Below are positions 24,858 to 37,067 of a DNA stretch of 64,000 bases, piece by piece. The stretch's first letter is position 1. The number at the start of each line of letters is the position of its first letter. The stretch comes from Rhodosorus marinus CCMP1338. Lineage: Eukaryota > Plantae > Rhodophyta. Made by a program: the position numbers and the translations under genes. The notes under the pieces were generated by a model. The model was given only the letters and a program-made list of their open reading frames with translations. It had not been told where the DNA came from and searched no databases. Where the stretch lies: assembly GCA_029953675.1 (NCBI GenBank), contig JAMWBK010000004.1:2356001-2420000 (forward strand). Direction: 5' to 3'.

Positions 24858-25478
24858 ATGGGCATGAGACATCGGCTTGGACTGTTCTTGGTCAACAAGC
24901 TGGCATCGGGATTACCCCGGAGCATTGGCTTCGAGGTACTGGACGCTCGTGGTGGAGCTATCAAAGCGACATCATCGCTGAGAGAGCATACGTAAGTCTC
25001 CTCTTCCTTTCGACACCCTCTTTGATGGTCGCTTCCCTGATCCGCACAATATTTTAGATCCGCTTCCTTGGTGGCTTTGGCAGATACGAGTTGTGGTTAT
25101 GGAACTTATGCAACGTTGCCACAGTCGAAGTCAGGTTTTGCAACCGTCGAGCTGAAAACGAACGTCGTCAAAGATCTACCTTTCTTGGGTTTGGTTCACT
25201 GCACTGCTTCGAAGCTAAGCTCCAATGAGTATTGTCAGGTGAGGATTGTGTGTTTCGCTCTTCGCAGATTAGCGCTCTTCTGGAGTCGCCGCTCACCCTC
25301 CGAGGACATTTGGTTGTGTTCGAAGGTTTGGGTTGCCGACGTGTTCGACAAGGACGATGTGAAAGTCGCTTCCTTCCAATGTACTCAAAGGTTTCTTGAG
25401 TATCGTGGGAGTGCCAGTCTGAGAATGTACAGATGGCTGGTGAATCGAGCGCTCGGTCTCTTCGGTCTGCGTATGTGA
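24858..25478 (+). CDS. Hot-dog fold (PaaI-like) thioesterase, multi-exon; 5' end uncertain
   Basis: LVALADTSCGYG, FATVELKTN, VWVADV...ASFQCTQ. Confidence 0.7.
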
Positions 25479-26562
25479 GGAAAGGGAAGTGCCTAGGCTG
25501 GTTCAAGCGGAGGAAGTAATGCACCCGAGTGTCTTAGTCGGGTTTGTGGAGTCGAGGAACGCTTCTTCGTCAGGAAGCAGTACTGACCTTATCAAGTTGA
25601 CAGACAAGATGGGTCTTGTCTCAGCCTTCTTGTAGCCTATTTATCACCCTGTCCGACGGTGGAGTCCGAGTTCGTATCGAACGCTTCCTGTGCTAAACAA
25701 GTTTCCATCCCCAACCCTCACAAACTTCCTACTCATGTCCTGACTTTTCCTAGCACTACTCATCTGTCCTCATCCAATTCATCCTATCCACGGTCTGCTC
25801 CCAAGTCCTTCACGAAGAAGTAAAAAAACCCAGTGCATACGGTCGAAAAACCCAAAACAGTCACTCACTACTTCCTACTCGGTCTTCAACTCCTCCCACA
25901 GTGCTCCACATGCTCCGATCATCAACTACACTCACGTCCGTCCGCCCTTACGTCCAGAACACCCACATCCAAAAGACCAAAGGATATAAAACCTGATCCA
26001 TCCCTTTCCTCCCTCAAGCAGAATTCCCAATACCACAATCCAACTTTGGTCAACCGAACTCCAACGATCTGATCGTCGTAATCGAGTCCCCACACAACAG
26101 CACCAGGCCTAAGATGTTGGGCATCGCCCCCCCCCCCAACCCTCTTCTTTCTCCTCCCAAAGACCACGTCCACAGACATGAAAACCTGAACGAACATGGG
26201 ACATTTCGAGAAAAGCGCTTTTTTTATCGGAATTTGTTAAGTTAGAAGAGGTCTATATTGAAATTTGTACTGTTTGGATTGTGGGACGACGACATGAAGG
26301 CGTCTTCTTCTTCACTGACAAGAATTGTATTTTTCTGGAGTTGGGGAGCTTGTCAACGTCGGTAGGTTGAAAGCAGTTTGAGGGGAGCGTGGAGTTGGGG
26401 AAGGACTTTTTTGTTGGGGGGGTAAGGGGGAGGGGAGTGAATCCGGACTGGATGGATATTTGGAAGACTGGATTTTTGTTTTGTTTTGAGCGATTTGGAG
26501 GTCTGTCTTGGGTTTGAGCTGTAGAAGGGAGGATGGTGTTGCGTTGATTCGTTCTGGACATA

Positions 26563-28072
26563 ATGTTGGGCGTAGTAAGACGCTCCAATGTGGGCTGTCG
26601 GCTGATCGGAAGGGATGTGGGGGTGAGGTGTGTACAGAAGAGGTTTATGACAGATGCTTGGCTGAGGTACAAGCGGATATTGGCGAGTAGGGAGAAGCGA
26701 AACGCTGATCGAATTCAGGCCAATGTTAGATTGGAGAAGAAGTGGGAGGCTATGCGAGTGGAGGACGAGCAGGCTTTGACTGAAGGCCCGGTGCAGAAAG
26801 TCGTGCCAGTTGAGCACCAGCGTTTTCAGAAGGTTGGGGTTGTTGGGCTCCCGAACGCTGGAAAGTCTAGCTTGGTTAGCGCTTTGGTCAATGAACAGGT
26901 TAGCCTTGTAACGAGGAAGAGAAACACGACAAGAAGACGGGTTAGGGCAGTGCTTACAAGAGACAACGCTCAGGTCGAGCTTGTCGACTGCCCGGGATTT
27001 GTATCATTTCATGCTGGATTGTCAGAGAGGACTATAACAAGGAAGCTGCTGGCACAGAATGCGTGGGGTATAACTGAAGAAGCGGACACGCTTATGTTCG
27101 TAGTTGACAGTGCGGTGACGCATGTGGGAAAGTTCAAAACCTTGAGAAACGCCCTTGCGCGGCTTTCGAAACGTCGAGTACCAATACTCGTTATGCACAA
27201 AAGTAGGACTGCACCGCTTCTTTCTTCATGTTGATTCTCTTGAGCTGTCAAGTTGATGATTTTGCCACCCCGGGACCGTCGTGCTCACCAACCCTCTTTC
27301 GCAATCGGCAGTGGATATTCTACGCGGCCGGGAGGAGCATGCCGTAGCTCAGGTTGAGGATTTGTTGCTGAAAGCGAGCTTTAGGGAGATATTTTTTACT
27401 TCAGCTGCTAATAAGAAAGGGTTGGACGTCCTTGCGAACTACCTCCTCCAGACCTGCCCAGCGCATCCATGGCAACACAGGTTAGGGTCCTCTTAAATTT
27501 TCATGTTGTGGGTCAAGTTGTGTGTCTCTCGAGCATGTCTAACTTCTCACTATCTGTACCACTTTTCTAGTCCGAACCAAGTAGCCCCGGATTCTATCGA
27601 ACTTCAAATTCATGATATCGTCCGAGGAGAAATTCTGAACAGCGTGCACGCCTCAATGCCCTACCACGTTGTGATTAATATTGTGGAGATGCAGGAGGTA
27701 ATGATATCATCGCACAGCGTCGTCTTCGGCTCCGCCTAAGGGAATATCCAAGAGAGTACCTGGTCTTTATCTGTTGCGTTAGAATGTTGGGAACGCATAT
27801 GCTGAATGGTTTTCGCCATGGGCCTCTGATTTTGGTCTTATCAGGACGAAGATCATACGGTGCATCTTAAAATGAGCATAAGCTACCCCCCGGCGCAACG
27901 AAATGAAGTACGTCTTCTATTCGGACAAGACGCGAACACTTTTAGAGAAATCAGAGACCTGTCACAGCAGAGAATTGCTGAACTTCTCCATCAGAGAGTG
28001 AAGCTCTCGATCAAAATTATTCCTCCCGGTCACGGTGCGGAAGAGGACGAGGTTCCTACTGACATGTTCTAG
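26563..28072 (+). CDS. era: Era-family GTPase (organellar), multi-exon
   Basis: G1 GLPNAGKS, G2 NTTR, G3 DCPG, spliced G4 HKMD, G5 TSA. KH-like C-terminus (EILNSVHASMPYHV, LLFGQDANTFREI). Confidence 0.85.
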
Positions 28073-28770
28073 CAAGTACGAACCGTCCTTGCTCGTCGGG
28101 TTGCCAGCAAGGAATGTTCGTACGCACTTCTCGTCTCCGTTCGTTGTATATGTTTCTCTTCTTGTGCCCCTAGGTGACACCTTCTCAGAAAGGATTACTA
28201 ACTTGATGAATTAAAAAAGCCAATTCCGAAAGGGAAACCAATCCTAGCTTGTTTGATAATGGAGCTCGTGAAAACGACGAAGAGGAGTCTGGTCTGACGG
28301 AGCCACGAGTCTGAATTTTTCTTGGTCTGTTCACGAATACAAATGAGTTTTTTTTGACAAGCCGTTCACAGACTTTGGTTTCTGTAGCAGTCTGAAGCGG
28401 ATGTCCTGGCGCTATTTTCGAAATCCTGTGGGGTATCCATCATAGAGATGCTGCAAAAGTTCCGATGATTCACTGGAGTGTGGACTGACGAGGCTGGACG
28501 TAGACAGGGCAATCCTGTTTTGTATAGCCGCGATGACTCCTCAATTCCGAAAAGCTAATATCCATGGGGACGTTTTAAAGCCAAAGGCTCGAGCGGCATC
28601 AATAGTAGTTGTACGTAAGAGTCAGGAAGTTCAAGGTAGAGAGTGGACAGTAGCCTTCTTTCACAAAGGAGAGGGGGGTTTTCCTCTTGTGCTTGGCAAC
28701 AACTGTTTGCATTGAAAACGTTATTCGCCCAATTCTAGACGTCAGATCTCCAAATTCCCAAAAGCAAACG

Positions 28771-28841
28771 TACACCGTCCGGGAATCGAACCCGGGTCTC
28801 GTCCGTGGCAGGGACGTATTCTACCACTAGACCAACGGTGT
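28771..28841 (-). tRNA. trnG-GCC: tRNA-Gly(GCC)
   Basis: Cloverleaf: acceptor acaccgt/acggtgt, anticodon stem cgtcc-ctGCCac-ggacg, T-loop gttcgatt, downstream T-run. Confidence 0.95.
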
Positions 28842-29529
28842 GATGGGAGAATGGCAGAGTTTTTAAAATCTATCAATGGCGTTCCAATAGCTGCTGGTCA
28901 TAGTTCAGTTCTTTCTAACGGGATGATTAACGAGACTGCGTATTTTACTATCTTGCCATCGAGTTTGCAGGCTCGGTTATAGCAGAGATGGATCGCGTTC
29001 TCGAAGGCGACGGCATTCGGATGAAACTACCCGGACATATTGTTCGAGGATGGATCCATTTGATTAGCAGCAGGAAGATTATCTCGCTTTTCTCATCAAG
29101 TTTTTCCAGTAGCAGACTAATGAGATTGTGAGCAGCAGCAAGGTGGGTAAACTGAACGAGGGTGCCGTACTTCCACTTGTGTTGTTATCTGCCTTTAGGG
29201 ACTGAAACGTTGGGGAGGTTTCCGCGTTCTGGAAACTGCATCCGTTAGGTACGATCATAGGAGAGGCGTAAGGAGCACAAAATAGTGGTTGCTAATATAG
29301 TCTTGAGCGCTACACAGGGCGGAAAGGGAACTAGGCACGGGGAAATAGTAGTCTGGCTGTGCATTCACCTACACTTGTATCGCGACAAAACTGCGCAAGT
29401 GGCTCGAATGTTCAATAAATTTTGGATGAGGGGAATCATCCATATGTATAGCTGTTATACCTCACCTCCCTTTTTGGAAGCAAACCAGTTTAAGGAAGTT
29501 TCCAAGCTCCTCTGAGTCCTGAGGAAGCC

Positions 29530-30150
29530 CCAGGAAGTAGAAGCTGAGAAGTTTTCATCTCCAAACAACCTTCGTCGTTGAAGGTGTGAATCTACCTCCG
29601 GCGATAGCTACGGAGCCACTACTGAGCCGACGCGAGTTTCCAATAGTCGTCGATGACTCTAGCCTGAAGAGGGCAACAAACGATACGCTAGTATTTTCAG
29701 CAAGGCACCGGGTGAGCGGACAATCTCGTCAGAGAGAAGTTATGCGAACTTTTCTCCTGTGGTCTCAGCCAGTGCTCGATCTACCCACCAACGCGAAAGC
29801 CGTGCTACCGCGACAAGCATTCAACGGACTCCGAAGTCGAGCAGGTCAGTTTTCATCTCATAACAACATCCCTGTTGAAGGGGTGACTCTGCCCTCGGTG
29901 CTTAGCTACTTTTCAACCACTGCTGAGTCGAGGAGAGTTTCTAATAGTCCTCGATGCCTCGTGTACCTGAAGATGGTGACGAACGATTCCGTCGATATTT
30001 TCTGCAAGGCATCGGATGAGCGGGCAATCTCCTCCGAGCAAAATTATGCCAACTCTCGTTCTCTAGCTTTAGTCAGTGCACGATCTACCAATCAACGCAC
30101 AAGCAATTCTAATGGAAACTAAAATCCAGTGAGTTCCGAAGTTGAGCTGG
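29530..30150. repeat. Diverged ~300-bp tandem duplication (two copies plus the start of a third)
   Basis: Shared anchors: agttttcatctc (29550, 29848), gttgaagg, gagtttc.aatagtc, gtattttc/atattttc, cgatctacc; ccgaagt.gagc.gg at about 29831 and 30136. Confidence 0.8.
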
Positions 30151-30295
30151 CCGCTGGGCTCAAGAACTCAAAAAAAGGAGAAAAAGTAAGGCTATCAATA
30201 ATGTAACCCCAGACTAACATAACCCCGTCAGCCCCACCTCAACGACAGAATATCTTATATTCATATACAAAGACTTACGCTCTTCCCTAGCGAGA

Positions 30296-30367
30296 GGGAA
30301 TTTGGTCTAGTGGTATGATTCTCGCTTTGGGTGCGAGAGGTCCCGGGTTCGATTCCCGGAATTCCCC
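30296..30367 (+). tRNA. trnP-TGG: tRNA-Pro(TGG)
   Basis: gggaatt/aattccc acceptor stem, ctcgc-ttTGGgt-gcgag anticodon arm, gttcgatt, T7 terminator downstream. Confidence 0.96.
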
Positions 30368-31019
30368 CTCACAATTAGGTTTTTTTCCTCTACAAATTTT
30401 ATCAGTTCACTCGAAAACCACGAAGAATTCTTACCTTGATAAAAGCTCCCACACTACTTTTTCTTCCAATCTATCTCTTATCCGTCAAGCCCCCTGCTCG
30501 TCTTTCTTCTGCTATTCAAGCCCAGATGTTTTACTACGTTTTCGGTACTTTGTTAATGGAAAAGAAATCTCATCATGGCCAGCCTCTGTCTCTATTTGGA
30601 AGACCCAAAAAAGAAGGCTCGTTTTTAGTATTGTTCTAATGCTTTTTGGGGGGGTTTCTGCTTCTTCCTATGCGCCTTTTTTGTTTCTGTTCGTAAGATT
30701 GGATTTTGTGTTCGTACGAAAGGCGATAGGGTGGGGGGGTATCATGGGCAGTAGTTGGTACCTATGATCAGGTGAGGGGGGAGGAGGGGAGAAGGGTAAT
30801 TCGGATAGGTATATGGATGAGTTGATATGATATTGGGGTTTTTTTTGTGTTGTTTGGATCAAGGATAGGAGGTAGTGTTTAGGGATCTGGTGGATTAGGG
30901 AGTGATTGGTTTGTGTGTGTGTTTGGTTTTGCTGTGGAATGTGAGGGAAGTTAGGTTGATCGTTGTGGCGTTTTGTTGTTGTCTGGGGTTTTGGTGTGTG
31001 CGTTGCTGTTGGATCCACG

Positions 31020-34000
31020 ATGGGGTTGACTGAGGAGGAGAGGAAGGAGAAGCAGAGGCAGATCCTTGCTAGGTATGGGTTGGGATCTGAGGATGAGGAA
31101 GAGCAAGAGAGTCAGCAGGAGCACGTGGTGAAGGAGGAGCCGGAAACTACGCCTGTGAAATTAGAAGAGAAGCCAGTCGTTCCGACAGTGACGAAAGTTG
31201 TAGCGGAGTCCATGCCAGTGAGCCCCTGGCCTGGGGTGACTTATCCGAAGCAGGACATGATCGAGTATGACTCACCAGCACATACTGAGGACTCGAGAAA
31301 TCGAAATATGAAGGTTGTATCGACCGTGTCAAATTTCGAGGGGGAAACTTCCTCTCAATGGAAACTTCTTGAGATCGGACAGAATATCTAACTACAGCCA
31401 TGGTCGTCTTCAGAACTCTCTCGTTACAAGGGTTGCCGCAGTCGGAGAAGAGGGTATCGAACGTCGCATCGCAGCGAATTCTCGAATCGTGACTTATTCT
31501 GTAAAATCGTGAGTCTTCGCATGGAATCGGGTGATCTCGCCATTTCTGGTATATTCAAACCGGTACGGCCGGGATCTGCGCAGACGCCTGACATTCTCTT
31601 GTGCAGGTTGATCCGCGTGGTGGGCATTGAAGCAAGCAACAGGTGCTTACTTAAAGGACACGGCGGAAGCGTAAGCGATTTAGAGCTTCTAGCTGGAACT
31701 GGCGGCTCAGATCACATACTTGGTTCAATAGCAAAGGTTCGGATGTGCAAATCTTCTGGGCAGCCGCGTGTGTGAACAGAACACTTTCTGAATGAAAGCG
31801 CTATCACAGGATGGGTCGGTGTACTTGTGGTGGATTCATGAGCGTAGTCTGGAGGGGTCTGACCTCGACGACGATCTTGAGCTTTCCGCGCGTGCTCAGA
31901 AATCGTAAGATTACCCGTCGGGAATTCGAATTGCTAATGAGGAATGCTTGAACTCAATGGATAATTGCGATGACTCATATTGCTATCCCACAACCGCCTA
32001 ACATTCAAATCAAGTATCTGGGTTCTCTCTACGCAGTTTTAAGCATCCAAAGGATAAGGCTTGCTACAAGAAGATCTGCTTTAACAACAACTTTTCTGAG
32101 GGGATTGAGGTTGCGCTCTTCGACGGGGAAAGCACAAACATTCGATATCTCTTTTGCGGGAGTAGGACATGTTCGACGGACGGGGAGGTGGGGAACTTTG
32201 ACGAGATGACGCTGAAAGGAGTAAGCTGCGCTACTGAGAAATTGAGATTGTGAATTACTCGGCTTCCTGCTCATGCTCTCGTCGCTGCCTTACTAGGATC
32301 ACAAAATTGAAGACATTTGGTGGCACGGGCCAAAAACTCTTGCGTCAGCCCTGAGTAATGGTGTAATAGAGCTATGGGATGTTGAGCAAGGATCGAAATT
32401 GACTCCAAAGCTTGCAACAGAGAAACCGGAGCAGACGGCACCATTTGGTGTTCGAAAGCTTGGCCCTCATTCGACCGTTGCGGCAGTAGAAAAGTCCTCG
32501 TCAGGACTAAGGCTGCTCTCGGTCGAGGAGGAAGTGAGAGTCTGTCAGACAATACAGATGAAGGACGATAGTCCGGAAAATTCTACCAGTTTTGTACGTT
32601 TTGTGATGAAACCACCTAAGACCTTTAGTTTCCATCGGCCTCGTTTCCCGCTGGTTGTCTTCTTTCTCATTTGCCATCTCTTTCGGATCGATCAGATTGA
32701 AACGGATCCCAGCGGCGAGATTCTCGTCCTCGGGAAGACGCGCTACAAATCCATCTTCGTCATGCACTACAACCCAGCGTGGGAGAAGATCGATGCAATA
32801 ACTCAGCTCAACGTAACGAGTCCCATCCTATCATTTGCCGTAACTAGGTACGAAAGCAACCTCGCTACTCCCCCTGTTTTGTATTGTTTTCTGTGCCGCC
32901 GTGGAAGGGTCTGAACCAAATTTCCACAAACTGCACCTGCCGAATATTAGGGTTTCCCAAACAAAGTTTGCATCCGGAAACCAAGTAGGAACAGATGATT
33001 TGATTGTTTGGTGTGTACATGCCGAAAAAGTTCAAAGGTATTACGTAAGCGCTCGTGATTGCGCTCCGGTTTCTGCTGAGGTGAGTACAAGATGGCTGCC
33101 TCAACAGCACATATCGAAGCCTACTGCATGTAGTCCAGGAGGAGTGAACTGGGCATCGCTTCTCTGAGCCAACTCTTGCGCGAAGCTAACGTGCTTCCCG
33201 GTCTAAACGGCGTCGAACCTGGAATTTCTTTCGATTAGCTGGAAACGAGCGGCGGAGCCAATGCAGCGGCGGAGAAGGTTGCGAAGTCTGCCCCTCAAGC
33301 ACCATCTTCATCCATCCGAGAGGAAACGTCCGACCCACTTCCAGTGAGTGCACTCTCAGAGCCCGTGTCAGAGAAGTCGGAGCGGGTGGAACCTAGCGAA
33401 GAACAAGTCAAGGAGTACGTTGTGCTAGCTCCACGACTCGATATAGTCAAGGCCTTGGAATCTACAGCTCACTGTTTTAACATCCACTTACCCCGTTTTG
33501 TAGGGTTACAGAAGAAGCTGCTCCTCCAGAAGAAAATGGAGAAGCCAATGTTGTGGATGAGGTCACCGTCCCAGAACCTGTGGCTGATGCGGTCGCTGTG
33601 GAAGACCCTGCAACAACTGAAAAGCCAGAGGAGGTGGAGGAGCGGGATAACCAGGCTTCGGCAAATATTTCAATGACCAGTGAGTTAGAAGCATTGATGC
33701 GGGAGACCATGAAGCTCACGATGGCCGGGGTATCTCGCACCGTTGCGGAAAAGCTGAACAGCGAGAAGTCCCAGCGAGAGAAGGCTGAGAAGGTATGCTG
33801 AGAGTAGCAGATTACAGATTCGGGTACCCTCTGATCGCTAACGCGGTGCCGCTGTGGCTCCTTAACGCTCTCGCCCAGGACCGTCAAGAGCGTCTGCTGA
33901 AGGCAGTTTCCGCCACAATGAGAGGCATTATCGACAATTTCGTGGAAGAGGCAGTCCAACAGCACCTCAAATCCGCGCTAATGCTTCCAATTGAAGCATC

Positions 34001-35106
34001 CAATATCCCAGGTACGCAGAATGCCAGAAAGCTTCAATCGTTGGACCTGCAGCATTCTGGTGATTAGATCCCCCTCAGGAGGTATGCTATAGCGTTTGCT
34101 GACATCTGTCAATTCTTTGCAGATGCGGCTGCAACGGAGACCCTGACAAAGGATCTGAAGAAGTCATTGCAGACGGACTTGTCGAAAGGGTTATCGTCAG
34201 GGTTTGAAGATGCCGTGAGCTCGGAATCTCTCCAGAAGAACTTTGCAGATCTACTCGTTGAGAGCAAACTAGGAACAAGTTTCAAAGACGCAAGTTCTGT
34301 GATGTCAAGACAAGTCGCGGGCGCGATTGGGAACGGCTTATCCGATGGAATCTCGGAGAAGCTTGTTGCTTCCCTACGTGAGATGAAACTGATCTCTACT
34401 GATGCCGTAAAAACCGTGAACGAGCTGCAGGCAACGGTATGTTCGCGAAATTGCTTTGAGAGGAGAATCGGATCTAATGGTTCTGTTGTTTCTCAACCTC
34501 TCACAAAAGATACAAGCTGCTACTTTGGATGCAGCGAAGGTGGATGGAGGAACAACCAGGAGGTCGTTTGAGGCCGAGATAGAGGCAGCGCTTTCTGAGA
34601 ATTTGGAGGGGGTCGCTCTGATTGCGGCAATGGAGGCACCCTCGCTTTCACTACTTACAAACTTAGTACAGAGGATCAGCTCCAAGAGGAACCAAGCACT
34701 TGAAGAGCTTAGTCAGGGAGACCTGTTGCGTTTCACTTCGAAGCTGACCGATATTGTCTATTCTGCAGCTAGCAATCAACCCGAATCTTCTTCGAGTAAG
34801 CATTCTTTTGATCCGCCAGAGCAGCCTTTTCTTGACAGTACTGATTGCTCGTGGTGATTCGCTTTGAAATCTTTCGCAGGCCTTGAGCAAGGAGAAGTTG
34901 ATGTAAACGAGATCCTCGACTGGTTGAGCGATACTATTTTACTCATAGAACCTGAGGCCGATGAGATTAAGGATAACGCGAAGTCTGTGCTTACTGATAC
35001 GCTGTCGCAGTTGCAGGCTGTTAAGGCCTCGTTTGACAAAGCTGAGGACACAGCGAAGGCGAACACGGTAAAACTGCTTGTGCGGGTTGTCAGATCACTT
35101 GTCTAG
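31020..35106 (+). CDS. EDC4: Enhancer of mRNA decapping 4 / VARICOSE (WD40 + helical C-terminus), many exons
   Basis: RRIAANSRIVTY and RCLLKGHGGSVSDL match the VCS WD40 start. Ser-rich linker and coiled coil, then C-terminal LDWLSDTILLIEP...VKLLVRVVRSL. Exact exon boundaries were not all resolved. Confidence 0.75.
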
Positions 35107-36020
35107 GCTTGTGCATGACTGTGTTGAAGAATCGCCTCACTCCATCGAGAAGCTACACGTGCACTATTTACTGGGCGGAGTACCTCAAATCTTTGTCGAC
35201 ATCAGGCTCGCTTTTTGATAAGCCTTTCCGGAGGCGTGTTTATGGTAGCTCAGGAGTGCCTGGATCGAGCTTGCAGACGAAGACTGTAGAATTCGGAGCT
35301 GATGAGCTGCACGACTTTTCACAAAGTTGCAGAAAGGGAAAGTACCAAACGCAGGTGTTGCTTTCCAATGCACGGGAGCTTTCCATCCAACCCGTTCTGA
35401 ATGCATACTGTCAGATGTTTCACATCTCCCGTTGAAACTCAGCAGTCGTGGCTGTCTGCTTGCCTGCATGTATCTGTTTTAACCCGTTCAGAGTTTTTCA
35501 TAGCGATGGGGACTGTGCTGAACTTCGGAAGGAGCGACGAGTGCGGTCTGACTAAGAAAGGCTGTCCGCGGTGGGCCAAGAAGGGAAGAGCTCCCGAACC
35601 TTCTCCAAGAGTAAAAAAAACAGTCACGGTTGGAGTAACGCTTGGAGCAAACCCTTAGTTGCCATGTGCCTTGATCTCCGCCATGCTGTGGGTTGGTAGT
35701 TACAACCGTTGTACATAGACAAAGTTGAAAGCTAGAATCCAAGAATATCTCCTGGAGGGGGACACTGAAACATACCGCCTCAAGCATTACGAAACAGTCT
35801 TCGTCGCTCGTTTCAAACGTCGTCGGCTACCCAACAGTACATCCCAGTACTTTCCTCAACCACGAACAACCACAAATCAAGCATTTTGATGCTGTTTGGA
35901 AGGTTTAGCCGATTTCTGTACTGACTAGACGGATTTTGAGGTCCACCCGCTGTCACGCAATGGCTCGACCCGATAGACAAAACTCAACACAAATTAAATC
36001 AAAAGATTAAAAATGTTTCA

Positions 36021-36830
36021 CCAATCCTAATGCGAAGTCATGAACAAATTCCGAAAGCAATGAAAAAAGCAGGAAAAATGGCGTGCGCGGAGGAAAAATT
36101 TCGGAAGAAAGAAAACTAAGAATATGCGGGAAAATGAAGTAAAAAAGGGGAAAATTGCAAGAGGATCACGTGGAACAAAGAATAAGCCATTGGAAATAAA
36201 TCAATTTTCAAAGATTTTCATTGGCGGAATTTCGATACGAACCAATCAAAGATCGAGAAATATTATTTCACGAATAGCAACTCTCACACCGTCTACATCT
36301 TAAGAGGCCAATGTTCTCAGTTCGGGGCCAACGAAAAAGAGAAATATTCAAAAGGAACATTTGGGCTCTCTCTCCCTACAAAGCAAAAAAAAAATTCCAC
36401 AGACTCAGCAAAGCCCCTCCCAAAAAAGGATGGACGTGCGAACACTACTAGAAATTACCATATTTTAAAATTATGTACCTCAAGAAAGAGTACTCTACAT
36501 TCATTTAGAAAAAACGTTTCTTTTAAAAAGTACATCTATGCATTATATTTAGGACTTTCGCCCCCAGGAACAATCATAATTAACGACGCAATCGATAAAG
36601 CTATTGAACAGCCAATCAAAACTGACTAAAGCTGACCAGTTTACCGTATCTATGAATAGATAATAATTCTACGAGTATTATTGAAAATATTTCGGTAACC
36701 GAAATCAACTTACTTAAATAAAAGAATAAAAATATACCAGTATCTTATTTTATACTTAAAATAAGATAATTTTTGGCCAATGATCTATTCCCTCAAGTAT
36801 TTTGTTTTTGTTTTTAATAAATTTATTGGC
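36021..36830. promoter_or_regulatory. Cluster of 8 CCAAT boxes upstream of AOX
   Basis: CCAAT/ATTGG at 36021, 36189, 36220, 36242, 36308, 36612, 36777 and 36826, plus CACGTG near 36167. Confidence 0.45.
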
Positions 36831-37067
36831 ATGATGGCATTTATTTGCAGATATCATGCTACTCCAGTAGCGGAATCGTCACCTGGCAATTAGGGGTAAT
36901 GGTATTTATACAGGATGGCGGGGATGCATGGGGAAGGGATTAGACACTGCCACGCACTGTGAACGTTGGAGTCGATGTTGGGAGGTTACGTGTTTTTGAT
37001 TTTGGTTCGTGTGGAGACCGCGGTAGGTTTTAGTTTTGTTTTGTTTTAATTTGGGGAGGGGTGAGAG

